DNA from: an uncultured Bacteroidia bacterium
GTDB lineage: Bacteria; Bacteroidota; Bacteroidia; Bacteroidales; F082
Assembly (NCBI GenBank): GCA_902769875.1
Contig: CACXQV010000006.1
Span: forward strand, 11,759 to 75,758
Direction of reading: 5' to 3'
DNA: 64,000 bases
Positions 17,790 to 25,551 of the stretch are shown piece by piece. How positions within the stretch are numbered: position 1 is the stretch's first letter; each line of letters begins with the position of its first letter. Position numbers and translations under genes: made by a program. The notes under the pieces are model-generated. The model was not told the DNA's origin, did no database searches, and saw only the letters and a program-made list of their open reading frames with translations.

Positions 17790-18521
17790 ATGATTAGACT
17801 GGAAATCTGTGCCAACGGCATCAAGTCGTTGCAGAACGCGATGGACGGCTGCGCCCAATGCGTTGAGTTGTGCGAATGCCTCGAAGTGGGCGGCGTGACG
17901 CCGTCGTTTGGAACTTTGGCTAAGGCCATCGACATTTCTTTTATCCCGATGCGCGTGCTCATCCGTCCGCGACCGGGCAACTACATCTACGACGAGGACG
18001 AAATCGAGATGATGAAAACCGACATTATGCTCTGCAAGAAACTCGGCTTCGAGGGCGTGGTCATTGGCGCCTTGAACGACAAGGGAGAACTTGACGTTGA
18101 GACGATTAAGGCCTTGATGGAGGCTGGAGAAGGGCTGAAGTTCACCTTTCACCGCGCCATCGATGCCTGCGTGAAACCTTTCGAGGCCGTCGAGAAACTG
18201 ATTGAACTCGGCTTCGACAAAATCCTGACCTCGGGCGGCAAACCCACGGCTCTTGAAGGTGTCCCGATGATTGCGGAGATGCAGTTGCGCTACGGCGACC
18301 GAATCGCCATTATGCCCGGCGGCGGCATCAATCTCGGCAACGTGAAGGACATCCTGAATATGACAGGCACGGTGCATTGCCACGCCTCGCTGGCGCATTG
18401 GGTGCCGCGCTTCAACGAGAAACTTTATCCCGACCAAAAGGACGCGACAGGCGCGACGATGGTCTGGACCGAGTCGAACAAGGACTTGATTTACGAAATG
18501 GAGAAATTGTTGAATCCGTAA
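17790..18521 (+). CDS. cutC: copper homeostasis protein CutC
   Basis: MIRLEICANG...VLIRPRPGNYIYDEDE...FHRAID. ATG at 17790, 18 nt after a TATCTTTG box. Confidence 0.9.
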   Translation: MIRLEICANGIKSLQNAMDGCAQCVELCECLEVGGVTPSFGTLAKAIDISFIPMRVLIRPRPGNYIYDEDEIEMMKTDIMLCKKLGFEGVVIGALNDKGELDVETIKALMEAGEGLKFTFHRAIDACVKPFEAVEKLIELGFDKILTSGGKPTALEGVPMIAEMQLRYGDRIAIMPGGGINLGNVKDILNMTGTVHCHASLAHWVPRFNEKLYPDQKDATGATMVWTESNKDLIYEMEKLLNP

Positions 18522-18737
18522 TTGTCTCACGCAGAATTAATTGTCTCACGCAGAATACGCAGAATTATATGAACCTACCGGCTGCAAAATATGCGTCGCT
18601 TTGCGTCATTGCGAGGAACGAAGCAATCCACAAAAAGATTTGTTGTCTGGATTGCTTCGTCGTTCCTCCTCGCAATGACGCGAAGCGTGTTGGCGCAAAG
18701 CGGCAACAATTCCCATAATTCTGCGATTTCTGCGTGC
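18520..18737. repeat. nested palindromic MITE/REP-like element
   Basis: Outer arms CACGCAGAATACGCAGAATTAT (18547-18568) and ATAATTCTGCGATTTCTGCGTG (18715-18736). Inner arms GCGTCATTGCGAGGAACGAAGCAATCCA and TGGATTGCTTCGTCGTTCCTCCTCGCAATGACGC. Direct duplication of AATTGTCTCACGCAGAAT at the left end. Confidence 0.8.
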
Positions 18738-18753
18738 CAAAAAATAACTCAAA

Positions 18754-21048
18754 ATGAAAAAACTACTTCCTTTGTTTCTATTGACATTCGCCTTTTCAGC
18801 GTGCCAACAAATTGAAAAGCAAAACGTCGTCGTACAACTCCTCAACCAAGGCTGGACGCTCACTGGCGACACCTTAAATATTAATATGCAGGTCGATGTG
18901 CCCTCGGTGGTGCAGCAGAGCCTTTACGAAAACGGCGTGATTCCCCATCCTTATCTCGGCACGGTGGAAAACCAATTGCTCTGGATCTCCGACCATCCTT
19001 GGGACTACACCTTGCGTTTCGATGCAGATAAAGAACTGCTTGATAAAGAGAAAGTTGAACTTGTTTTTGATGGCATTGACACCTACGCAGAAGTGAAATT
19101 GAACGGCGAAAAACTCTTCTTTGCCGACAACCAATTCCGCGTTTGGAAATACGAGGTGAAAGACTTGCTGAAAAAGAAAGACAACCTTTTGGAAGTGCAT
19201 TTCATTCGTTACGACAGCACGCAATTGGCTTTGTATGAGCAACATCAGCCTCGATTGCCTGAAAAATACGCCGTCACGCGCAAGGCCCCCTATCAGCACG
19301 GCTGGGACTGGGCACCGAAATACAAGAACGTGGGCATTTGGAAACGGGTGGAATTGATTGGTTGGTCGAATGCGAAATTGCAAGATGCATATATTCTCAC
19401 AGAAAACATTGATAACGAGAAGGCTACGATGCGTTTGTGCCTTGATGTGGAAAGTAAGGCTGAAGGAAATTACGTGGCGGAAATCTATGTCAATGGTGAG
19501 AAAAACAGCCAGAAAAACATACACCTTAATGGCGGTACCCAAAATGAGATCCTGAACTTTGAAATTGAAAATCCAGAATTATGGTGGCCAAACGAGATGG
19601 GCGAACAACCGCTTTATGTCTTTGATGTTCTCCTAAAAGACGGTGATAAGGTTTTGGATTTCAAGAAAATATGGTCTGGTATTAAAACCTTCGAGATGGT
19701 GGATGAGCCTGACAGCATCGGTCGTGCGTTCTATTTCAAGGTGAACGGTGTGCCGTTCTATGCCAAAGGTGCCAACTACGTTCCCGAGGAGATGATTGAG
19801 ACCTGGAATGACGTTGACCATACGAGTCGTCTTTTGGAGCAAGCCAAAGACGCTCATTTCAATATGTTGCGCGTGTGGGGAGGTGGCATTTATCCTTCCG
19901 ACGACTTTTTCACGCTTTGTGACAAACTCGGCATCTTGGTCTGGGAAGACTTTATGTATGCCGGCACGATGTATCCCTACGACGAGGCTTTCTTAGAAAA
20001 CGCCCGAATCGAGGCGGAGGAGCAGGTGAAACGCTTGGCTTCGCATCCGTCGTTGGCCTTGTGGTGTGGTGGCAACGAGATTTCGGAAGGCTACTATAAC
20101 TGGGGCTGGCAAAAGTCGCTGAATTGGAGCGAGGAAGACGATAAGGCCATCAAAGCAGGCTATGACCGATTGTTTGAAAATATTCTGCCTCAAGCCGTTG
20201 CGCAATATGACGGCACACGACCCTATTGGCCGAGTTCGCCTTCGAAAGGCTGGGGCCGACCTGAAAGTTTGACCGAAGGCGACGTGCATTATTGGGGCGT
20301 TTGGTGGGGCGAGTTGCCTTACGAGGTCTATCGCGAAAAAGTGGGTCGGTTCAATAGCGAGTACGGCTACCAGAGTTATCCCGATTACCAAACCTTGTTG
20401 AAAATCGCGCAAGGAGAGGAATTGAGTATGGATGCCGAGGTCATCGCGGCACACCAAAAACACGCCCGTGGCACGCGCCAAATTGATGACTTCATCAAAC
20501 GTTATTACCCTGACATTCAGCCGAAAGACTTTGAGGAATATGTCTATTTAAGCCAACTTTCGCAAGCCTACGGAATGGAAATCGCGATTGAGGCGCACCG
20601 CACGGCGAAGCCTTACAATATGGGTACGCTCTATTGGCAACTCAACGACGCTTGGCCAGTGACTTCGTGGTCGTCCATCGACTATTACGGCCATCCCAAA
20701 GTGCTGCAAGAGCGACTGAAAACGCTTTTTGCGCCCGTGCTTTTAAGCATTGACCAAAAGGATTACGGCGTTTTCGTCACTTCCGACTTGCTGCGCAACA
20801 TCGATGGCACGTTGTCCGTCACGGTGTGCGACCTTGAAAATCATCCGTTGTTTGAGAAAAAAATGAAGGTGAAGTTGGAGGCCAACGAAAATCGTAAATT
20901 CGTCGTGGAAGGCTTGAGCGAATGTTTGCGCAAAGCCGACTTGAAGAAGGTGTATGTGAAGTTGGAACTGACCGAAGGCGACACCCTCACCGCCGAGCGC
21001 AAATGCTATTTTTCCGCTTTCTATGAACCACGCCAGAATGGACTTTGA
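18754..21048 (+). CDS. GH2 family glycosidase, beta-mannosidase-like lipoprotein
   Basis: 764 aa. Lipoprotein signal (LTFAFSAC). Contains VPSVVQQSLYENGVIPHPYLG...WDYTLRF, VWGGGIY and CGGNE motifs. Confidence 0.85.
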   Translation: MKKLLPLFLLTFAFSACQQIEKQNVVVQLLNQGWTLTGDTLNINMQVDVPSVVQQSLYENGVIPHPYLGTVENQLLWISDHPWDYTLRFDADKELLDKEKVELVFDGIDTYAEVKLNGEKLFFADNQFRVWKYEVKDLLKKKDNLLEVHFIRYDSTQLALYEQHQPRLPEKYAVTRKAPYQHGWDWAPKYKNVGIWKRVELIGWSNAKLQDAYILTENIDNEKATMRLCLDVESKAEGNYVAEIYVNGEKNSQKNIHLNGGTQNEILNFEIENPELWWPNEMGEQPLYVFDVLLKDGDKVLDFKKIWSGIKTFEMVDEPDSIGRAFYFKVNGVPFYAKGANYVPEEMIETWNDVDHTSRLLEQAKDAHFNMLRVWGGGIYPSDDFFTLCDKLGILVWEDFMYAGTMYPYDEAFLENARIEAEEQVKRLASHPSLALWCGGNEISEGYYNWGWQKSLNWSEEDDKAIKAGYDRLFENILPQAVAQYDGTRPYWPSSPSKGWGRPESLTEGDVHYWGVWWGELPYEVYREKVGRFNSEYGYQSYPDYQTLLKIAQGEELSMDAEVIAAHQKHARGTRQIDDFIKRYYPDIQPKDFEEYVYLSQLSQAYGMEIAIEAHRTAKPYNMGTLYWQLNDAWPVTSWSSIDYYGHPKVLQERLKTLFAPVLLSIDQKDYGVFVTSDLLRNIDGTLSVTVCDLENHPLFEKKMKVKLEANENRKFVVEGLSECLRKADLKKVYVKLELTEGDTLTAERKCYFSAFYEPRQNGL

Positions 21049-21057
21049 GGACACATA

Positions 21058-21145
21058 ACTTGCAAAAAGTTACCGTGGAGAACCGATTTTACCTGCAAAA
21101 AGTTACCGTGAAAAGCTGAAATTACCTGCAAAAAGTTACTTTTTG
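21058..21145. repeat. 3 x 33-bp tandem repeat with core TGCAAAAAGTTAC
   Basis: Cores start at 21061, 21094 and 21127. Confidence 0.9.
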
Positions 21146-21241
21146 AGTGTGGTATGAAATTGTAATTACATAATATAGTGTTTGTTATGTGTTGTTTTAT
21201 GGATTTGTCGGATTTTTATGAAAAAAAGTCTGTTTTAGCCT

Positions 21242-21270
21242 GTAACTTTTTCCACCTTTCTCCGTATTAC
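21242..21270 (+). promoter_or_regulatory. ECF-sigma-type promoter GTAACTTTTT-N11-CGTATTAC
   Basis: GTAAC at 21242-21246, a 16-nt spacer, then CGTA at 21263-21266. Near-identical to the element upstream of the ECF sigma gene. Confidence 0.65.
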
Positions 21271-21311
21271 GTTTGTTGACAGAGGACAACGGACAGAAGA
21301 CAAAGGACAAA

Positions 21312-21356
21312 GTCTTAAGTCCTAAGTCTTAAGTCCTAAGTTCTAAGTCCTAAGTC
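21312..21356. repeat. heptamer microsatellite (GTCYTAA)x6
   Basis: gtcttaa gtcctaa gtcttaa gtcctaa gttctaa gtcctaa gtc, in the 5' leader of gene 21397. Confidence 0.9.
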
Positions 21357-21396
21357 AATAATTTGTAATACGAATAACAACTTAAACTTCAACAAA

Positions 21397-22980
21397 ATGA
21401 AAACAAGAATGATTTTTGCAGCGATGCTGCTGCTGGCCTTCGGAAGCGCGAAGGCGCAAGAAACATTGATTCCTACTCCAGATGGGGACGGGAGCAAGAT
21501 TAATACGATTGTGCTTAGGGGGTCGGGGCCTTTGAAACTTCGGCAAGGCGACAAACTGACGATGAACGCCGTAGGATCCAACGCACAGTATCGTGTTGAA
21601 GACAGCGTTTTGTACCTGATGGGACCGGGCTCGCGTGAGGTGACGATTCCTAACCTGAGTTACTTGGAAGTTTGGGGAGGTGTATCGAGTGTGCAAATGC
21701 AATCTGGCGCATTGCGTGGCAAGAACCTCTCCATCAAGAAGACTGGAAGTTCGGGGATGGTGGATCTGTTGGTCGATTATGACAACGTCTATGTGCGTTC
21801 TGCTGGTGGCAATGTGACACTGTCGGGCAAATGCAATGTGTTTTGCAGCGAGATATTGGGCAAGGGCAGAGTGGATGCCTCGAAATTAGACTACAAGGCA
21901 AAAGTCGAGAAAAGCGGCGACCATTGGAATATGGCCTTTAACCTTGACGATTCGTCAGACAAGGAATCGTTGCAGAATATGGTGAAGGAAGCCGAGCCTT
22001 TCTTTGAGGCGGTAACCTGTCGTTCCGGTTCGTGGAATCGCACGACAAGTGTAGAATCGAGTTATGAGCCTCTTGATACGCTTCAACTTAAAGAACTAAT
22101 GCGCGAACTTGGGGTAAACCTCCAACAACTTTCCGACTCAGTGGACTGGGAAAAGTTTGAGCAAGACATGGAGAAATGGGGCGCCGACATGGAAGAATGG
22201 GGACGAAAAATGGAGAAGTGGGCTGATAGGTACGAAAGAAAGATGGAAAAATGGGAGGATAAACACGGCTGGAATTATGACTATCATTTCGAATACAACA
22301 ACAATCGCCCCGAGGAAAAGAATGATGGCTCCAAGGACAAGCGCCCTGAGAAAAAGAACCTGCTTCTCGATGCCCATTGGAATGGCTTTGAAGCGGGCTT
22401 GAATATGCTGTTCAACACGCCGATGGATGTCACGAATGTGAATAATGGCGCACAAGGTATGGAAATCAGGCCGTTGCGCAGCTGGTATTTTGGATTCAAC
22501 ATTGCCGATGTGGGCGTCGCTTTCAGCAAAAGACATATTGTTGGCCTGTTTACGGGCGTGGGCATAGGCTGGAACAACTTCAGTTGGAACAACGATGTCA
22601 CCATCGAATACGATCCTGACAATGTGTTCTACACGCTTGTGCCTATCGCAACTGACAAGGTCGTGAAAAACAGCAAATACGGTGCGTTGTTCCTGCAAGT
22701 GCCGCTGATGTTGGAAATCCGTCCGACACGCACCATGTTTATTGACGCCGGGGTGACAGGTGGCTTGCGTTTTGCCCAATGGAACAGGGTGAAACTTGCC
22801 GACGGGTCGCAAATCAAGCGTTATTCCGCAGCCACCATCAACCAGTTCAAATTGGATGCCTCCTTCCGTATTGGCTATGACTCATTGGGCTTTTTCGCCA
22901 ACTATGCCTTGTTGCCCATCTTTGATTTTCCGCACTCAAAGGTTCATCCGCTGACTTTCGGGTTCAGCATCAATTTCTGA
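21397..22980 (+). CDS. secreted/outer-membrane protein: N-terminal beta-rich domain, Trp-rich MEKW repeat linker, C-terminal beta-barrel-like region ending in Phe
   Basis: Signal peptide MKTRMIFAAMLLLAFGSAKAQ. C-terminus HPLTFGFSINF. Preceded by an ECF-type promoter. Confidence 0.65.
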   Translation: MKTRMIFAAMLLLAFGSAKAQETLIPTPDGDGSKINTIVLRGSGPLKLRQGDKLTMNAVGSNAQYRVEDSVLYLMGPGSREVTIPNLSYLEVWGGVSSVQMQSGALRGKNLSIKKTGSSGMVDLLVDYDNVYVRSAGGNVTLSGKCNVFCSEILGKGRVDASKLDYKAKVEKSGDHWNMAFNLDDSSDKESLQNMVKEAEPFFEAVTCRSGSWNRTTSVESSYEPLDTLQLKELMRELGVNLQQLSDSVDWEKFEQDMEKWGADMEEWGRKMEKWADRYERKMEKWEDKHGWNYDYHFEYNNNRPEEKNDGSKDKRPEKKNLLLDAHWNGFEAGLNMLFNTPMDVTNVNNGAQGMEIRPLRSWYFGFNIADVGVAFSKRHIVGLFTGVGIGWNNFSWNNDVTIEYDPDNVFYTLVPIATDKVVKNSKYGALFLQVPLMLEIRPTRTMFIDAGVTGGLRFAQWNRVKLADGSQIKRYSAATINQFKLDASFRIGYDSLGFFANYALLPIFDFPHSKVHPLTFGFSINF

Positions 22981-23004
22981 TTTTCTCTTGTTGGGAATCT
23001 TTTT

Positions 23005-23268
23005 CACGCAGAATCCGCAGAATTATGGGAATCGCGATGCGACGCAAAACGAGCGTCCGTCAGGTTTCTTTAGATTCTGCGGATTCTGCGTGAGAAAAAA
23101 AACATTTACGGGAATCGCGATGCGACGCAAAACGAGCGTCCGTCAGGTTTCCATAGATTCTGCGGATTCTGCGTGAGAAAAAAAACATTTACGGGAATCG
23201 CGATGCGACGCAAGACAAGCGTCCGTCAGGCTTCCTTTGATTCTGCGGATTCTGCGTGAGAAAAAAAT
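23005..23268. repeat. 3 x 83-bp tandem array of a palindrome-bearing unit (same family as 18520..18737)
   Basis: Units start at 23027, 23110 and 23193. Each ends with ATTCTGCGGATTCTGCGTGAG. A single left arm CACGCAGAATCCGCAGAAT lies at 23005-23023. Confidence 0.9.
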
Positions 23269-24206
23269 CATTCCTCCTGTTTGTATTCCCAACGTTCCTT
23301 GGCTTCCTCGAATTGTTCGCTGACGTTGTAGTAGGCGGCCAAGGCCATGTCGGTGGCAGCTTCGGTGAGGTCTTGTTTTGCCTTCTTCACCCCAGCGCCT
23401 ATGAGGCTTGCGAAGCTGTCGTGGCGGCCATTGGTCAGCCAAAGCAGGCCTTTCCCGATGAGCGAAAGTTCACGGTCGTCGTCCTCGTCGTATGAAAAAC
23501 CGTCGAAACGGTTCGCTTCGATTTGCGCCAAGGCCAAGTTGGTGTTCATGCGATAGGCCAGCAGGTCGAAATCGGGTTCGTCGATAATTGGCGAGATCGG
23601 CAAGGTTTGCGCTTTTTGAGGCTCCAATTGGGCCACGAGCAGCATTTCGACCCTTTCGGAAACGGTTCCTGAAATAATCTCGGAAGCGGTTCCGGCAATT
23701 TCATCATTTTCTTTCTTAACGATTTGCGGCTGAACGAAATGTGTGGTTCTTGGAGGCAAGGTCGGGGTGTGGCTTGCGGTGACGAGCCTTCCCGGAAGGA
23801 TGGGTCTCCTCTCGGCAATCGGTTCCAGCTTGGGCATCGACTTTTCGGGCCATAGGCTCATGGTGAGCAGCAGCCCAGCGGCAGCGGCAGCCGAGGCAAT
23901 CTTGACATAGAGCGGCACGATAGTCTGTCTAGTCCGGCCTTTCGCCCACTTCGCACCCTGAGCCTTCGGCCACTGAGCTTGTCGAAGGGCCCGATGGCTC
24001 ATAGGGCTTTGTTTCAGCTTTTCCTTGCCTTCGTAGGCCACTTGGGGTGCTTCGAGATAGGGCAGGGGAGCGGTCAGCTCGTCCCAGTCCAAGCCTTGGG
24101 CCGCGACGAAAGCCTTCAACTGCTTCGTTTCGTCGGGGCTGAGGTTGCCTTCCATGTAGTCAAGGAGATAAGCCTCGTAGTTGTCGATGGTGATGTTCGT
24201 TTTCAT
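23268..24206 (-). CDS. putative anti-sigma factor (single-pass membrane protein)
   Basis: ATGA overlap with the sigma gene (24203-24206). One TM segment (IASAAAAAGLLLTMSLW). No recognisable ZAS motif. Confidence 0.55.
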   Translation of the reverse strand: MKTNITIDNYEAYLLDYMEGNLSPDETKQLKAFVAAQGLDWDELTAPLPYLEAPQVAYEGKEKLKQSPMSHRALRQAQWPKAQGAKWAKGRTRQTIVPLYVKIASAAAAAGLLLTMSLWPEKSMPKLEPIAERRPILPGRLVTASHTPTLPPRTTHFVQPQIVKKENDEIAGTASEIISGTVSERVEMLLVAQLEPQKAQTLPISPIIDEPDFDLLAYRMNTNLALAQIEANRFDGFSYDEDDDRELSLIGKGLLWLTNGRHDSFASLIGAGVKKAKQDLTEAATDMALAAYYNVSEQFEEAKERWEYKQEE

Positions 24207-24703
24207 GGCGCTGTGTCGATTAGGTTGTCGATGCTTTTCAGTTTGTTTTTCAGTGCGGTGCGGGCGCGGAAGATATTCACTTTCACCTGCGCCTCGCTCA
24301 TCCCCGTGATGTTGCCGATTTCTTGGTACGAGTAGCCCTCGTAGTCGCGCAAGAGGAGGGCGTTGCGTTGCTGTTCGGGCAGGGTGGCCAAGGCCTTGTG
24401 CAGGACTTCGTTCACGTCGGGGTATTGTCTCGGCGTGATGTTTGCCTCGGCGGGCAAAGGCTCTTCGACGCTCGCAAACCTTTGTCGGTGACGCACTTCG
24501 TCAATCATGGCGTGGTGGGCGGTGGTGAAGAGGTAGTATTTCGCTTTCTCAAACTCCACATTTTCAACCTTCTCCCAAATACGGGCAAAGCTCTCCTGCA
24601 CCACGTCCTCGGCCTGCTCGCGGTTGCGGAGGCTCGAGAACGCGAAGCGGAAAAGCCTGTCGGCATATTGCTCCACGCATCGGTTGTATTGGGTTCTGTC
24701 CAT
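24203..24703 (-). CDS. ECF-type RNA polymerase sigma-70 factor
   Basis: Region 2 (DVVQESFARIWEK) and region 4 (YEGYSYQEIGNITGMSEAQVKVNIFRAR). The track start at 24712 is TTG. ATG at 24703. Confidence 0.9.
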   Translation of the reverse strand: MDRTQYNRCVEQYADRLFRFAFSSLRNREQAEDVVQESFARIWEKVENVEFEKAKYYLFTTAHHAMIDEVRHRQRFASVEEPLPAEANITPRQYPDVNEVLHKALATLPEQQRNALLLRDYEGYSYQEIGNITGMSEAQVKVNIFRARTALKNKLKSIDNLIDTAP

Positions 24704-24714
24704 CGTTTGCAAAG

Positions 24715-24743
24715 GTAATACGAAGTTTCGGGCAAAAAGTTAC
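24715..24743 (-). promoter_or_regulatory. ECF-sigma-type (autoregulatory) promoter GTAACTTTTT-N11-CGTATTAC
   Basis: The minus strand reads GTAACTTTTTGCCCGAAACTTCGTATTAC. The -10 element ends 15 nt before the sigma ATG (24703). Confidence 0.65.
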
Positions 24744-24887
24744 ACCAATATGGATTTTTTTCCTTTTTTTGCCTAAAAAACTTGCGTTTGAAGAAAAAGA
24801 TGTATATTTGCAGCACAATTATCCCCCGTAGGTGGAAAATACTACGGCCCGCCACCTCCACAAAAGGTGGCTTATTTTTTGATTGGT

Positions 24888-25523
24888 ATGGAAAAACAAA
24901 GAGTTATTGTATATGTAGACGGTTTTAATTTCTACTATGGCTTGCGTTCTGAAGCGAGATGGAAGAAGTATTATTGGCTTGATATGGTGAAGTTCTTTGA
25001 TTTGTTTATGAAGGAAAAACAGGAATTGGTTGCTGTAAAGTATTTTTCCGCACGTCCGTATGATATTGAGAAGAAAAGAAACCAAAACGCTTTCTTTCAG
25101 GCAAATAAGGAAAATCCAAGGTTTCAATTGATTTTAGGTAAGTATTTGAAAAAAGAGATTGTTTGTCGGAAGTGTGGGTATCAGATTCGTACTTATGAAG
25201 AGAAGGAATCGGTTGTCCGTATCGCTACTCAAATTGTTGCTGATGCTTATAAGAAAAAGTGTGATGTGGCGGTTGTCGTTTCTGCTGATAGTGATATGAT
25301 TCCTGCGGTAGAGTTGGCAAAGGAAGCAAAGCAGCAGGTCTTTGTGTATTTTCCCCCCAACCATTATTCCACGGATTTGAACTCGATTTGTAATAGCACT
25401 GTTTTCTTGAATCGATATGAGAGCCGTTTTAAACAGTGCCTGTTGCCAGATGTCGTACATTTGGAAGTGGCTGACTACGACTTGCATATCCCTGAAAAAT
25501 GGAAGCAATTTCAACTGATTTGA
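24888..25523 (+). CDS. NYN (LabA-like) domain protein
   Basis: Contains VIVYVDGFNFYYG and VVSADSDMIPAV, with a CRKCG zinc-ribbon-like insert. ATG at 24888 (the track start is GTG). Confidence 0.8.
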   Translation: MEKQRVIVYVDGFNFYYGLRSEARWKKYYWLDMVKFFDLFMKEKQELVAVKYFSARPYDIEKKRNQNAFFQANKENPRFQLILGKYLKKEIVCRKCGYQIRTYEEKESVVRIATQIVADAYKKKCDVAVVVSADSDMIPAVELAKEAKQQVFVYFPPNHYSTDLNSICNSTVFLNRYESRFKQCLLPDVVHLEVADYDLHIPEKWKQFQLI

Positions 25524-25551
25524 TTTTTTTGTTTGATAAATTCTTGACATT

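Noticed and set aside
21058-21145. The three GTAACTTTTTGCA copies as fully functional ECF promoters driving antisense transcription.
   Set aside because: None has the CGTA -10 element at the 16-nt spacing seen in the two good promoters. They are therefore reported only as -35-like repeats of uncertain function.
23005-23268. Possible CRISPR array, because of regularly spaced palindromic repeats.
   Set aside because: The 83-bp units are contiguous and near-identical along their whole length. There are no unique spacers between repeats, and there are no cas genes in the window.
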